DNA of 39,839 nt from a virus (Duplodnaviria > Caudoviricetes): the IMG/VR virus record IMGVR_UViG_3300030095_002782, positions 1 to 39,839 of that record; one strand, given 5' to 3'. Position 1 is the first letter of the stretch; each line of letters opens with the position of its first letter. The notes under the pieces are model-generated. The model was not told the DNA's origin. It was given only the letters and a program-made list of their open reading frames with translations, and made no database searches. Below, one piece after another: positions 1-10,406 of this stretch. The position numbers and the translations under genes are program-made.

Positions 1-98
1 AAACCTGTTACTTTGTTTGATGCCATAGCGATATCGCCTGACATAGTATCACCTGTTTTAGACACCTTAGTATCCGTATAAGCTTTTGTAGACGCGTC
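1..98. repeat. Contig-terminal direct repeat, copy 1 (identical to 39741-39838)
   Basis: AAACCTGTTACTTTG...GTAGACGCGTC is identical at both ends; the next base differs (T at 99, A at 39839). Confidence 0.95.
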
Positions 99-509
99 TT
101 GTGCAGAGACAGGGTCGGCAACGTTTACGATCTTTAATGACTTAGCATCCCAATTTGTACCGCCTACTTCCGTTTGAAGAGACGCTTCATTTAACTCACC
201 TATCTCTTCGTTTAAATAAAGATTGTGAAGGTAACTATCATCCAAGTTCTTTTCGGTTAATACCGATCCATTGACGAAATCAACGAACGCTATCGCGGCG
301 TTTGAGTCGCGTCTAACTCGTATCTTTTGACCCACGGTAGCACCAGCGTTAAGAACAACTTTAGTGGACGGTGAAGTCACGATTGAAAATGCGGTAGAAG
401 CAACGCCGTCTATTTCGACAACGACGTGTGCATCTTCGAGGTAAGGAAACGAAAACGCGAAGTCCGTCTGCGAAGCCGTTGCTGTGTAATCGACGTATGT
501 ATTAGGCAT
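1..509 (-). CDS. Tail fibre protein, N-terminal part (T7 gp17-like adaptor domain); continues across the contig junction into 38705-39839
   Basis: Hand translation from ATG at 509 gives MPNTYVDYTATASQTDFAFSFPYLEDAHVVVEIDG...IRVRRDS...VDFVNGSVLTEKNLD, typical of the gp17 N-terminus; the frame is open to base 1; it follows the internal virion genes. Confidence 0.9.
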   Translation of the reverse strand, partial: MPNTYVDYTATASQTDFAFSFPYLEDAHVVVEIDGVASTAFSIVTSPSTKVVLNAGATVGQKIRVRRDSNAAIAFVDFVNGSVLTEKNLDDSYLHNLYLNEEIGELNEASLQTEVGGTNWDAKSLKIVNVADPVSAQDASTKAYTDTKVSKTGDTMSGDIAMASNKVTG

Positions 510-528
510 GATTTTTTATATCTTTATG

Positions 529-3500
529 TTATTGGTTAAGTAATGGACGAAGAGAAGGAGACACCATATTAGACGGTAGTTCTTCTCCTTCTATTTGTTT
601 TTGTTGTAATTCGCCTTGGTAATAGTATTGATCTAAGAGTTCTGGGTATTCATCAATAAGTTCCCCAAATGCTTGTTCTCTATATTGATACAACACGTTA
701 TTAATTGTTTCCTTTTGTAAATCTCTTAAAGGAGAGCTAGAACGGACGCTAGACATCTGTTGAAAGTCTGGGTTTTCATAAGCTTCAATTACAGCTTCTT
801 TAACGTCAGATTGCGAGTATATTTGTTTCCAGCGATCATAAAGCGACTGCTTAGTCCCTGGAACTTTAATAGCCTTTAAGTCTAATCCTGGAATCTTTTT
901 ATCGGCTGGGGGAAAGTCATAACGCCCTGGTATCTCATTTATAATCTGAGACGCTTTATCGGTCGTTGTTTCGGTAATAGCCAACGGACTAATTGAGTTT
1001 ACTTGACGCTGTATTGAACTACCCGCTGATGGTTGGGGCTGTCCAAACGCATCTCTTTCAGGATCAAGCGTTTCTGCAAATCCAGGAAGACGATTTAACA
1101 ACGCTTCAAACGGTCCGTTTACTTCACGCATAACTGGATCATTACTACGATTAAGAGCGTTTAAAATAGCTGGTGTATTTCCTCGTACTATTTCTTCAAG
1201 AAATGAATTTAACCAATTAGCGTCATCAGCGTCTACTTGACCATTAGTCAACGCCTGTAACGCGCTTCCTACAGTTTCTAAATAACTCTTCTGTCCAACA
1301 GCGCTTGTCATCGCCATCATAGCAGTATTACCTAAATAAGCTACTACCTCTTCGGGCATGTCGTTATCTTCGTTTAATCTTAATAAGTCAGCAGATAAAC
1401 CTGTAATTGTAGCTAACGGGTCAGCGCGTTGTAGACTAACGTATATATCTCCAGGTTGATCGCCTTGGCTGTCTCCTGTTTTCCACATACGTTGAGCGGC
1501 GGTTACATTAATAGCATTAGGCTTCCAACCTGTGTTCTTTTTGTTCTGTAGTTCTTTGTAATCTTGCGGACCACTTCCTGTTATAATCTGTTGATCGGCT
1601 AAATATAAAGCACTCGACCAAAGACCAGCACCTACCAACTGCCTTCCTCTTGCTTGAGCGCGTATTAACGGATTATCGCTGTTAAATTCAGCTTTACTAC
1701 GCGCCCACAGTTTACCAATTACAGGAGTCTCGGCAAATAAACTTGCTGAACCACCAGCTTCTTTAAAGATGTTAACAGGTGTCTTAATAAACGGCATGAT
1801 GTACTGCACAACAAAACTTTTGTTACGAGCGTCTTGTACACGTGAACCCATACTTTCAAACAATCCATAATCTTTACTCAAGTCTTGTTGAAATGTAATG
1901 CGGTCACCAAAGTCACGAAGATACTCCATCTCGCTTGAAAGTTTATTATTCCAGTTATCGCTTGTGTATTGTTTGACAAAGTCAACTGCTTCATCGCCTT
2001 CTAAACCTTGTTCACGTGCCTGAGTAACGGCTTCCATGTTAACATCTTCTTTTGTCTTATAGCGTTGACCATCAACAAAATAGCGTGACATTTTACCTTC
2101 GATGTATTCATCAAGCTTACCTACAGGAGCGTTACCAGACTTAATAAGTTGATTATATTCTTCAGTTAGTAGCGACTTAACTTGCGCTTTTGCAAATAAG
2201 TGACGATAAAACTCATCTTGAAAAACAAGACCTTTAGGACCAAACGCTACAAGCTCACCGAAGTTTTCTATCGACTCACCTAAAGCGCCTTTGATGCCTG
2301 TTTCTTCCATCGACAAAGCTTTACCGCCTATCTTCTCGTAATGAGAGTTTAAAGCCATTTGACCTTTAGAGTTCTTAGCCGCAACTTTCGCCGCGTTATA
2401 AGCGTCGGGTAATGAAAACAATAAATTCTTTGCCGTGTTTACAGCCATTCTTGTTGCTTGTAAGTTACCTGTCAATAAACCGCCTATAGCTTGGTTAGAC
2501 AACGAGTATAAACTCATCAAACTATTACCCATAAAAGCCGCGCCTTGGGTTGTTGGAGCGCTTAACATCATGTCGTAACGCAATTCAACGTAAGCTTCTT
2601 TGATCTTTTCAAACGGACCTTTACGACTTATCTCTAATAAGCGACCAAGTTTAGCGGGGTCACGAACAAGTCTAAGCTCATTCATAAAACCACGAAGCGC
2701 TTTAAGACCTCCAAGTTTTTCTAATTGTTCTTTTAGTTGTTCAGGTTTTAAATCTTTCGAGTATTTAGTAAGTTCTCCTGTAAGTTCTTTTTCAACCTTC
2801 TTAGATTGTTTTTCCATTGTACTTACAACAGCGGCGATTTGATCGCGAAATACCTTACGGCTCTGTAACAACTTACCAGCAGAACTTCCTATCGTACCTG
2901 ACGCTTCAGCAAACTCACCAAGTCGATCTAAGTCCGCCATTAAATCGTTTATGACTTTTGGATCGTCAAAGTTCAAACCGCTTGCCATCTTTTTATTCCA
3001 ATCTTTAAACGCGTGGAAAGTCATAGAATCAGCAACAACAGTTTTAAATATTATATCTTCTGATTCTTTTGCGATCTGCTTCGAGTAATCTAACGGATTA
3101 ACTGACGGGTCGAGTTGACTACGCAGTTTAGCCGCTTGTTCAATTAAAGATTTTTTATCGGTCTTAATACGACGTTTCTTAAAACCTTGTTCAACTTGTT
3201 CTAAGACAGCCGCCATCGAACGTTGTATATCTTCAGAGTCAGTAAACGCTCCAATGTTAACAGGTAGAATGTCGGTCTTACCGTCGATAAAGGCGGTCAA
3301 GTCATCGTCGCTCATATTCATGCGATCAAGCGCTTCGAGCTTCTGTTCCTTGGTAAGTTTAGAAGGCTGTTTAGGTGCGTCAACGTCTTCGGCTTGCTTT
3401 GCTTTTAATTCTTTTAACTTCCGCTGACGACGATCTTTACCATAACTAGATGTTGTTTCATTTATTTCTTTTTCTAATCGTTCTATTTGAGTAGCAATCG

Positions 3501-4737
3501 GAGCTTCGTCTATGACTCCTACAGGTATCTTTTTTATTCCCGCCGCTTTTGCGGCTAAAGCGCGATTGCGACCGTCTTGTGACCCTTTATCTTTATCAAT
3601 GTACGGTAAAGGAAACTCGTCACCTTTCTTCATCGCCTCAATATAAGGAGCGCGATCCTCGGCGGATAGACGATTAGACGCAAGCCATCCTTCATAACTT
3701 CCTCCTAAACGCCCGTCGGTCACTTCCCACGCTTGTTTTAAATATTCGTCGGGGGTCATGTAGACCGTTCTACTTATCCGTTCGTCAACCTCGCTATCAC
3801 CTGTTGTTTTCTTAAAAGGCGCGTCAACGGCTTCGTCTCCTTCGGGTCTTAACACCGTGTCTTCGCCGACCTTCGGTTGTTCTTGGTTAGCCTTTTGGAA
3901 ATCGTCAAACTGTTTTAAAATCTTATCTTTTTCTTCTTGTGCCTTTGCTCTTAAACTTTCGATGTATTCTTTATCGGTTTTCGATACGACGGTTAATTGT
4001 TCGGTTAAGTCTGCCTTTTCTTTTCTTAAAAGCTTACCCATCTCTCCGTCTTTAAGCTCTGGACTTCTTTTAAACAAGTTATCAATTCTTGTAATACGTT
4101 CAGCTACAGCGCCTTCCATACGTTGTTGTATCTTCTGTGCATCGCTTGTAGACACGCCCATACGATTAATCATACTTGACGCTTCAATACGTCCTAATCC
4201 AGAGCCTATACTACCGCCTATTACGCTTCCAAAACCTATTTCAAAAGGACTCAAGTTTTCTCTACTTCCTTCCATCATTTCTAACGACTGACGGAATAAA
4301 GCTTCACCACCACCCATAAATGCGCCTTCAGTGCCTCTTGCAGCTACTGTTCCTAACTTACCTAACTTGGCGACTTTAGCGGCGCTAAAACCTGGAATAG
4401 CAGAGAACGCTCCCGCCGCCGCACCTTCGGGTACGTTGTAGTCCGCTTCGGGGTCTCTTATTTTTTGAGCGCCGTAGTTCGAGCTTAATCCACTTGCTAG
4501 TTGAATACCGATGTATCCCGCCCAACCAAGAGGTCCACCAGCTAATAGAGGAGAAGCGGCAATACCCGTCGTCATAGGCGCGCCTACTTCGAGAGCCATC
4601 GCGCTTCCTTCGCGCCAAAGGTTTGATGCTTCTTCCGTTTCGGGATCAACATAAGGTTTTTCGTTACGGGGCTGAGTGGAAGTACTGTCAGCGTCTCGAA
4701 ACTCAGGCAAGCTATCAAAAAATAATTTATCAGACAT
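529..4737 (-). CDS. Large internal (ejected) virion protein, T7 gp16 position, with an inserted ParB/Srx-like module
   Basis: 1402 aa; last gene before the tail fibre; C-terminal PFIKTPVNI and ITGSGP...GWKP motifs typical of podophage internal proteins. Confidence 0.8.
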   Translation of the reverse strand: MSDKLFFDSLPEFRDADSTSTQPRNEKPYVDPETEEASNLWREGSAMALEVGAPMTTGIAASPLLAGGPLGWAGYIGIQLASGLSSNYGAQKIRDPEADYNVPEGAAAGAFSAIPGFSAAKVAKLGKLGTVAARGTEGAFMGGGEALFRQSLEMMEGSRENLSPFEIGFGSVIGGSIGSGLGRIEASSMINRMGVSTSDAQKIQQRMEGAVAERITRIDNLFKRSPELKDGEMGKLLRKEKADLTEQLTVVSKTDKEYIESLRAKAQEEKDKILKQFDDFQKANQEQPKVGEDTVLRPEGDEAVDAPFKKTTGDSEVDERISRTVYMTPDEYLKQAWEVTDGRLGGSYEGWLASNRLSAEDRAPYIEAMKKGDEFPLPYIDKDKGSQDGRNRALAAKAAGIKKIPVGVIDEAPIATQIERLEKEINETTSSYGKDRRQRKLKELKAKQAEDVDAPKQPSKLTKEQKLEALDRMNMSDDDLTAFIDGKTDILPVNIGAFTDSEDIQRSMAAVLEQVEQGFKKRRIKTDKKSLIEQAAKLRSQLDPSVNPLDYSKQIAKESEDIIFKTVVADSMTFHAFKDWNKKMASGLNFDDPKVINDLMADLDRLGEFAEASGTIGSSAGKLLQSRKVFRDQIAAVVSTMEKQSKKVEKELTGELTKYSKDLKPEQLKEQLEKLGGLKALRGFMNELRLVRDPAKLGRLLEISRKGPFEKIKEAYVELRYDMMLSAPTTQGAAFMGNSLMSLYSLSNQAIGGLLTGNLQATRMAVNTAKNLLFSLPDAYNAAKVAAKNSKGQMALNSHYEKIGGKALSMEETGIKGALGESIENFGELVAFGPKGLVFQDEFYRHLFAKAQVKSLLTEEYNQLIKSGNAPVGKLDEYIEGKMSRYFVDGQRYKTKEDVNMEAVTQAREQGLEGDEAVDFVKQYTSDNWNNKLSSEMEYLRDFGDRITFQQDLSKDYGLFESMGSRVQDARNKSFVVQYIMPFIKTPVNIFKEAGGSASLFAETPVIGKLWARSKAEFNSDNPLIRAQARGRQLVGAGLWSSALYLADQQIITGSGPQDYKELQNKKNTGWKPNAINVTAAQRMWKTGDSQGDQPGDIYVSLQRADPLATITGLSADLLRLNEDNDMPEEVVAYLGNTAMMAMTSAVGQKSYLETVGSALQALTNGQVDADDANWLNSFLEEIVRGNTPAILNALNRSNDPVMREVNGPFEALLNRLPGFAETLDPERDAFGQPQPSAGSSIQRQVNSISPLAITETTTDKASQIINEIPGRYDFPPADKKIPGLDLKAIKVPGTKQSLYDRWKQIYSQSDVKEAVIEAYENPDFQQMSSVRSSSPLRDLQKETINNVLYQYREQAFGELIDEYPELLDQYYYQGELQQKQIEGEELPSNMVSPSLRPLLNQ
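3373..3391. repeat. 19-bp direct repeat (codes DVDAP), one boundary of the inserted module
   Basis: AGGTGCGTCAACGTCTTCG matches 3817-3835 at 17/19 positions. Confidence 0.75.
3817..3835. repeat. 19-bp direct repeat (codes AVDAP), other boundary of the inserted module
   Basis: AGGCGCGTCAACGGCTTCG, 444 bp (148 codons, in frame) from the first copy. Confidence 0.75.
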
Positions 4738-4739
4738 AA

Positions 4740-6569
4740 TTAAAGTTGTTTATTTATATAATCGTTAAGGAAAGCTCGTCGTCCCTTTTTGTCTTTTTCA
4801 TCAAACCCCATCTTAGTTAATATGTTAGGAATTGTGTCTAGGTCTTTCCTGCTGTTGTAGTTTTCAAAATCCGTACTAGTTAAACCGATATTAAAATTAC
4901 CTGTTTTTAAACGCTCTTTTACACGTTCTTCAATTTTAAGTTCTAAACTGCTGTATACGTCACCCACTCCTTCGTCTATTTTCTTGTATAATTCATCGGG
5001 TGTAATGTTCGGTAGCTGACTTATGCGATCTCTGTAGCGTCGTAACTCATTACTCCACATAGATTTAATATCAGCGCTTAACACTTGTAAGCCTTGTGGC
5101 GCGACGTTATCCCTTTTACTAAGTCCAAGCAGTTCTTTAACGTAGTTCGTGTCTTTATTATTAATAGGAATACTACCTTTAATCGTCGTGTTACTAAAAT
5201 CTGTTTCAATTATATCCGTGTAATCACGCACAGCGAATCGAGACATAACATTCTTTTGAAAGTCAGTTTCGTTACCGTTAGCTTTTAATAGTTCTTTATA
5301 ATCAGTAAGTGACAACTCGTCTTTATAACTTTCTAGATTGTCGCTTACATCAAGACCTAATTCTAATTGTTTACGAATCTCCGCATACACATCAGGGTTA
5401 GTGACAACATTAGCTTCGCTTTCTCTGTTATACGTTTTATTCGCTTCTTCTCGCATCTGTGCAATTAAGCGTTCTGCGTCTGAAGGTTTAACGTTATTCT
5501 CGGTAAAGGATGTACGAACACGTGTTGACCAGTCGTTTAAAAACGCATCTGTTATTGGTTCATCGTTATTTAAACGCTGTTGGAACTCAGCTTCAAAAGG
5601 TTCTGATACGTTTGTTTTATTCGTGTTATAACTCGTAATAGCTAAGTTAGTGAAATATTGACCGTTAGATAATATACTGCGTTCAAGCTCATCTAAACTG
5701 TTTAAAATTTCCGTGTTAGCAAATTTTGCTCCCTTATCATTAATCTTCCACTTCTTTAATTCCATGACCTTTTTCATCGCACCAGCCGTGTTACCTTGTT
5801 CAACCATATCCGTAATGGCGGGCTTAAATAAGTTATCAAGTGCGTACTTACGACTACCTTTAAAAGAACCAGCACCGTCGTCTATCCACTCTTTAAATAC
5901 AGGGTCGTTAATGTCGAATTGATTACGCGTCCAAGCGCTTACTTCGTCGCTTATAGAACCTAACCAATCCGTCTTACCTTGAGCGATTGCCATGTCTTGC
6001 TCGCGTCTTGTAACGGTACTTATGAACTCATTTGAAATTGAATCAAGTAACGGTTTAACTGACTCACGCGCGTAGGCGCTGTCTATACTATCGTAAAAAC
6101 CTTTGACCGCGTCTTGTGCGTACCCTACAGGATCATCTGATTGTAAAGCTTCTGGGTTGGTTAATAACTGACGTCTAAATTCTTTAGCCTTTGACTTACT
6201 ACTTGCCGCTTTAATGCCTAATAAAAAGTCAGGATTAGATCGTTCGTCTATTACGCCTTTTTCTGCAAGTTTTCTTAATTGTTGTTTAGTTTTACTTCTA
6301 CGAGCATCTAAAGACGCTATTGCTTTTTCTGGGTCTTCTACAAAGAATTGTTCACCCTTACCTTTTTGATAATCGCCCTCTTCTTTTTTAAACGCCGCGT
6401 AATTCTGTAAGATCGGATTAACTTTTTCCAACGACCTAGCAAGCTGTAACATCTTATTATCACCCGCCTGTTGAACGGCTACACGATAGTTACCACCGCT
6501 CTGTATCGTCGCTTGAAGTTTTGGGGCGTCCGCTAAGTCAGCGACTTGTACTCTTTTATTGGTAGCCAT
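4740..6569 (-). CDS. Internal virion protein (T7 gp15 position)
   Basis: ~610 aa helical protein between the gp14-like and gp16-like genes; start moved to MATNKRV directly after the upstream stop. Confidence 0.7.
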   Translation of the reverse strand: MATNKRVQVADLADAPKLQATIQSGGNYRVAVQQAGDNKMLQLARSLEKVNPILQNYAAFKKEEGDYQKGKGEQFFVEDPEKAIASLDARRSKTKQQLRKLAEKGVIDERSNPDFLLGIKAASSKSKAKEFRRQLLTNPEALQSDDPVGYAQDAVKGFYDSIDSAYARESVKPLLDSISNEFISTVTRREQDMAIAQGKTDWLGSISDEVSAWTRNQFDINDPVFKEWIDDGAGSFKGSRKYALDNLFKPAITDMVEQGNTAGAMKKVMELKKWKINDKGAKFANTEILNSLDELERSILSNGQYFTNLAITSYNTNKTNVSEPFEAEFQQRLNNDEPITDAFLNDWSTRVRTSFTENNVKPSDAERLIAQMREEANKTYNRESEANVVTNPDVYAEIRKQLELGLDVSDNLESYKDELSLTDYKELLKANGNETDFQKNVMSRFAVRDYTDIIETDFSNTTIKGSIPINNKDTNYVKELLGLSKRDNVAPQGLQVLSADIKSMWSNELRRYRDRISQLPNITPDELYKKIDEGVGDVYSSLELKIEERVKERLKTGNFNIGLTSTDFENYNSRKDLDTIPNILTKMGFDEKDKKGRRAFLNDYINKQL

Positions 6570-6570
6570 A

Positions 6571-7086
6571 TTATCTTTTAAGTTCGAGACCCGAACGATA
6601 TCCACTTATCGCGCTACTACCGACGCTTAAGGCGCCTTCAAGGAAGCTAGGTTTATTTACAGGTCGATTAATTCCAATCTGATTGTTCATCGTGCGAAAA
6701 CCAGCGTCCGTCAACGCAAGTCCAGTTTGTACGTCTTTCATCTCCTGTTGACGAGTAATACCCATGTTATACGCAAGTGATTGATTTTCATAATCCGTTA
6801 ATAACGCATCCACAGACACTCCTGATACACCCGCTTCACCAGCGCTTACCTTTGCGGTAGACACGGCTTCACGCGCCTTCTTAGACATCTCATTGATCTC
6901 ACGTGCAGTCGCTTCCTGTTCCTGACCTTGACGCATACGGATAGATGTCTGTTCTTGTTGAGCGCGTTGCTGTTCGGCAATAGACGCTTGTCTTTGATAA
7001 GCTATTTGTTGTTTCGCCTGTTGGCGTTGACCATAGAATTGAGCGCCCGCTTGGAGTCCGCTTAATATTGCTACTGGATTACACAT
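6571..7086 (-). CDS. Internal virion protein B (T7 gp14-like)
   Basis: MCNPVAI N-terminus, Q/A-rich helix, GEAGVSGVSVD motif, synteny. Confidence 0.85.
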   Translation of the reverse strand: MCNPVAILSGLQAGAQFYGQRQQAKQQIAYQRQASIAEQQRAQQEQTSIRMRQGQEQEATAREINEMSKKAREAVSTAKVSAGEAGVSGVSVDALLTDYENQSLAYNMGITRQQEMKDVQTGLALTDAGFRTMNNQIGINRPVNKPSFLEGALSVGSSAISGYRSGLELKR

Positions 7087-7089
7087 AAT

Positions 7090-7590
7090 TTAAGAATTGT
7101 TATTTTTGTAAATATGAAATTGTTTATAACCGTCGATGTCAACGTTACTGAAGGTCGCCCCTAACCACGTTAACCAACGGACTGAAAGTTCATTTGATTC
7201 CATGACATAGTTTGTAAGTACGTTATAATCGCCCATAAGTCGTTCTATCCATTGTCTGGAATGTTTAATAAAAGTCTTTTTAATAAGATGCATACGATGC
7301 GTTCCAAGTAACCATATAACACCGACGCTCGGTTGTCTTATAGCTTGTGACACACCAAAGCTTCCAACAATGCGCAAGTCAGGCATATGTATCGTCCATG
7401 CTTCTTCTGATATATTATAACTTTCTTGAAGCGCTAATCTTGGATGCTGTCCTAATCCTATTATTTCTAACATATCTTGAGTACGCATATCTTCGTACAA
7501 AGGTAACCAATCAAATTCGCCTACGGCTGGATGTATTGAACAGTCCGAATAAGTATATACCTCGTCAACTATATCGTCTTGATCGGGCAT
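7090..7590 (-). CDS. T7 gp13-like protein (GNAT-like, DUF2833-type)
   Basis: MRxQDxxE, GVIWLLGT and NYVxxxNxxSVRWLxWLGA motifs; downstream of tail tube B. Confidence 0.75.
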   Translation of the reverse strand: MPDQDDIVDEVYTYSDCSIHPAVGEFDWLPLYEDMRTQDMLEIIGLGQHPRLALQESYNISEEAWTIHMPDLRIVGSFGVSQAIRQPSVGVIWLLGTHRMHLIKKTFIKHSRQWIERLMGDYNVLTNYVMESNELSVRWLTWLGATFSNVDIDGYKQFHIYKNNNS

Positions 7591-10405
7591 GTATAAAGCT
7601 TTCAAACTCTGCTGATAATAAATGAGCGGGTAATGCAGATGAAGATTTAAGTTTAATAGTTACGTCATCGTGATTAGCATGGACAGGAAAACGAAAACTA
7701 CCACTATCTAATATTAAAGAACCTACAACTGAATCAGCACCTAAAGAAGAAGGGTTAAAAGCGTATGAATAAGTATCTCGATATTGCGGGGTTACCTCAA
7801 TTGTAAAATGTCCTGTATCTGCGTATTCAACTGATCCATTTTTTAACATTTGCTTAGTAAAATTACTTGAACTACGTCCGCCTTTTTCTGTCGGTTGTTT
7901 AAGCGTCTGTACGGAGAACTCATATTCCATATCGTATTCAAGACCTACGAAAAAAGTCGTACTTGATAAGTCGCCATTAACCGTAAAAGACGAGCTTGAA
8001 ACGCGTGTAATCGAAAAACGAGCGCCATCAATTGTATAGACAACAGCGTTAACAGGATCGTAAGGAACGCTTGTAACCGTTGTTAGTTTTGTTATTGCGC
8101 TGTATGATTTACTAAGCGTGGAAGAATTAACTTTACGGTCGAGTAGTATCGGATAAGTCTTACCTGTTTCTGCCTGTCCAGTAGCAAGTTCTAAAGTTTC
8201 AAGACAACGTTTAGAACCGTCATGTGTAATTAAGTAAACAGTCGATTCAATACTACACATACCAAGTATATCATTAGCAAAGTCAAAACGTTGCCAAGCC
8301 GATTGTATCTTATCTTTTCCTTGCCAGAAGAATCTATAAATGAATAACTGTTTTGAATTAACAGCAGACCTAGCTATTATTGTATTTTCACTCGCGCTTC
8401 CAATAATGTCAGGCGATATACGCGGAATATAAGAAGGTACTTGAGCCGTTAAATCAACTGCGTCATAAGTTTCGGAATCTTTATCGACATAATATTCGTA
8501 TAGTCCTGAGTAATGTCCACCAGCCGTTGTACCTCGTTTATAACCAAAGTAAAGAAAGTTAGAAAGCGCAAATGGATTTGATAAATCTTCAATTTCATAT
8601 TCTGTAACAGGCGATATATTGACCGTTTTAGGCGTCAATAAATCACTACCTCGTAAAACAAATTGTGTATTAGCACTGAACAACATTAATTTTTCTTGGA
8701 AAGGTACAGCATGTTGTAAAAGTGATACTTTTGTATGGCTAATACCTACGTCGATAGGAGCGGAGTCCAAAAGCGATTGAGTGGTAGTACGCCAAAAATT
8801 AAAATATTCATCAGCTTCGCTAAAAACGACGCTTGATTCCGTTAAAAGTCCTAACCTGTTTTTATAGAAGAAAATGTCTTTTATCTGTTTACCTACAAAA
8901 GACGGCGCTGGATTGGTTATCTTATCCCCCGCTTTTCTAACAGCCCACGCAGTTGTAGCTGCTGTTTCGCCTGTTAATTCTCCAGTATAGCTTGTTATTG
9001 AATCACCTGTAAAATTAGGTACAATCGTTATTGGCATGGTCGTATTATTAAAATCTAATGCAATACCTGTAGATTGTCCTGTTGGTATAGCGTCAGAAGT
9101 CCATCCGTTTGTTTCTACCCATGAACCTTCGCCAAAACTTTCGCTGTCTTTTGTTTGAAATTCGACATAATAATCATCTTGTACAAGTTCTGCATCACCT
9201 CTTACTTTTACACGAAAACCATTAAAACATTTCTTAGGTAAATCGGTAATAAAATCTACTTCTTTATAAACAACGCCTAGACCTGTATCACTTAAACCGT
9301 CGGATGCACTTATACTAAAATCCGTTCCTTGTGCATTTGTTATTTTTAAAAGGTTTCCTTGACGTTCCGCTGTGATTGTAGCGCCCGCTGTTATTTGTCC
9401 ACCACTTACAGAAAATGTAGCAGAAGTATTTGGAGTTGGAAAACTACCTGTAGCTAAATATATTGAACTACCAAAAAAATCTGATAAATCGTACCAATTA
9501 CCGTTTACAAAACCGTATTCTTTAATTGTAAAAGTCAGAGGATAAGTAGCTGTGTCGCTATCATACCCGCTTCCGCCGTGTGTCATACTAATACTTTGTA
9601 TTGCACCGCCACTTATAACAGCTTCTCCTTTTGCTCCGTTTCCACCGTTAGATTGTGATACTTCAACAACGACTTTATAATCTGTAAGCGTTGAAGCATT
9701 AAGATTTAAAATGCCATAACCTGTCCACGCTGATACGTTGTAATTACTACCGCCAGAAGTAACAGTTATACCTGTAAGGTAATTACCACTACTGGGGAAA
9801 GCTGTACCTAACGCCGTTTTAAGCGCTTCAGCTATTACTTCAGAATCAGCATCAGGAGCAGTCCCGCCCGACGTATGTAACGCTGTTGAGTTGTTAACGT
9901 TTACATTATACTTCGTATTAAACGCACCTTGTTTTACAAACACTAAAGCTTCTTTTTGTAGCGGTGTTGAAATCGTTGTCCCTTCCGCTACTGTTTTTAA
10001 TGTATTTACTACAAAGGTATAATCGGAAACGGTTAATATTTTTAATTGAGCTTCTGGTGATAATGCCGTGTTTAAATAGGTTTGCGCACCTGTTGACATT
10101 GTTACTGGTATATCCGCTCCAGTTGCTAAATTCTTAGCTTCAACGTTTGCTACTGATGTGTTATGTGTAAATATAAATGCGTGTTTATTAAATGTATCAC
10201 GATTAAATAAATGCGTTTTACCTGTTGTTGAAGCAATTGTTCCCATCTCTGCTACATGCGCAGTATTAGGACGCTTTGTAAGCCCATCTACAACGGAGCT
10301 AATTGCGTTTACTTGGCTTTCAGCTTGTCCAGGATGTCTTAAATTGTCAGGTTGTTGCGATACACCTTGAACAAGGTTCGGTACAGAAGTAGTTAGTAAC
10401 GGCAT
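7565..10405 (-). CDS. Tail tubular protein B (T7 gp12-like)
   Basis: MPLLTTSVPNLVQGVSQQPD start, GLTKRP, PSFVG..IxDIFFYKNRLGLL, QSAW motifs. Confidence 0.95.
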   Translation of the reverse strand: MPLLTTSVPNLVQGVSQQPDNLRHPGQAESQVNAISSVVDGLTKRPNTAHVAEMGTIASTTGKTHLFNRDTFNKHAFIFTHNTSVANVEAKNLATGADIPVTMSTGAQTYLNTALSPEAQLKILTVSDYTFVVNTLKTVAEGTTISTPLQKEALVFVKQGAFNTKYNVNVNNSTALHTSGGTAPDADSEVIAEALKTALGTAFPSSGNYLTGITVTSGGSNYNVSAWTGYGILNLNASTLTDYKVVVEVSQSNGGNGAKGEAVISGGAIQSISMTHGGSGYDSDTATYPLTFTIKEYGFVNGNWYDLSDFFGSSIYLATGSFPTPNTSATFSVSGGQITAGATITAERQGNLLKITNAQGTDFSISASDGLSDTGLGVVYKEVDFITDLPKKCFNGFRVKVRGDAELVQDDYYVEFQTKDSESFGEGSWVETNGWTSDAIPTGQSTGIALDFNNTTMPITIVPNFTGDSITSYTGELTGETAATTAWAVRKAGDKITNPAPSFVGKQIKDIFFYKNRLGLLTESSVVFSEADEYFNFWRTTTQSLLDSAPIDVGISHTKVSLLQHAVPFQEKLMLFSANTQFVLRGSDLLTPKTVNISPVTEYEIEDLSNPFALSNFLYFGYKRGTTAGGHYSGLYEYYVDKDSETYDAVDLTAQVPSYIPRISPDIIGSASENTIIARSAVNSKQLFIYRFFWQGKDKIQSAWQRFDFANDILGMCSIESTVYLITHDGSKRCLETLELATGQAETGKTYPILLDRKVNSSTLSKSYSAITKLTTVTSVPYDPVNAVVYTIDGARFSITRVSSSSFTVNGDLSSTTFFVGLEYDMEYEFSVQTLKQPTEKGGRSSSNFTKQMLKNGSVEYADTGHFTIEVTPQYRDTYSYAFNPSSLGADSVVGSLILDSGSFRFPVHANHDDVTIKLKSSSALPAHLLSAEFESFIHARSRRYS

Positions 10406-10406
10406 A

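Noticed and set aside
1-98. Biological terminal repeat of the virion DNA
   Set aside because: It lies inside the tail-fibre ORF; T7-like ends are expected near 33.3-33.8 kb, so this is an assembly overlap or internal repeat
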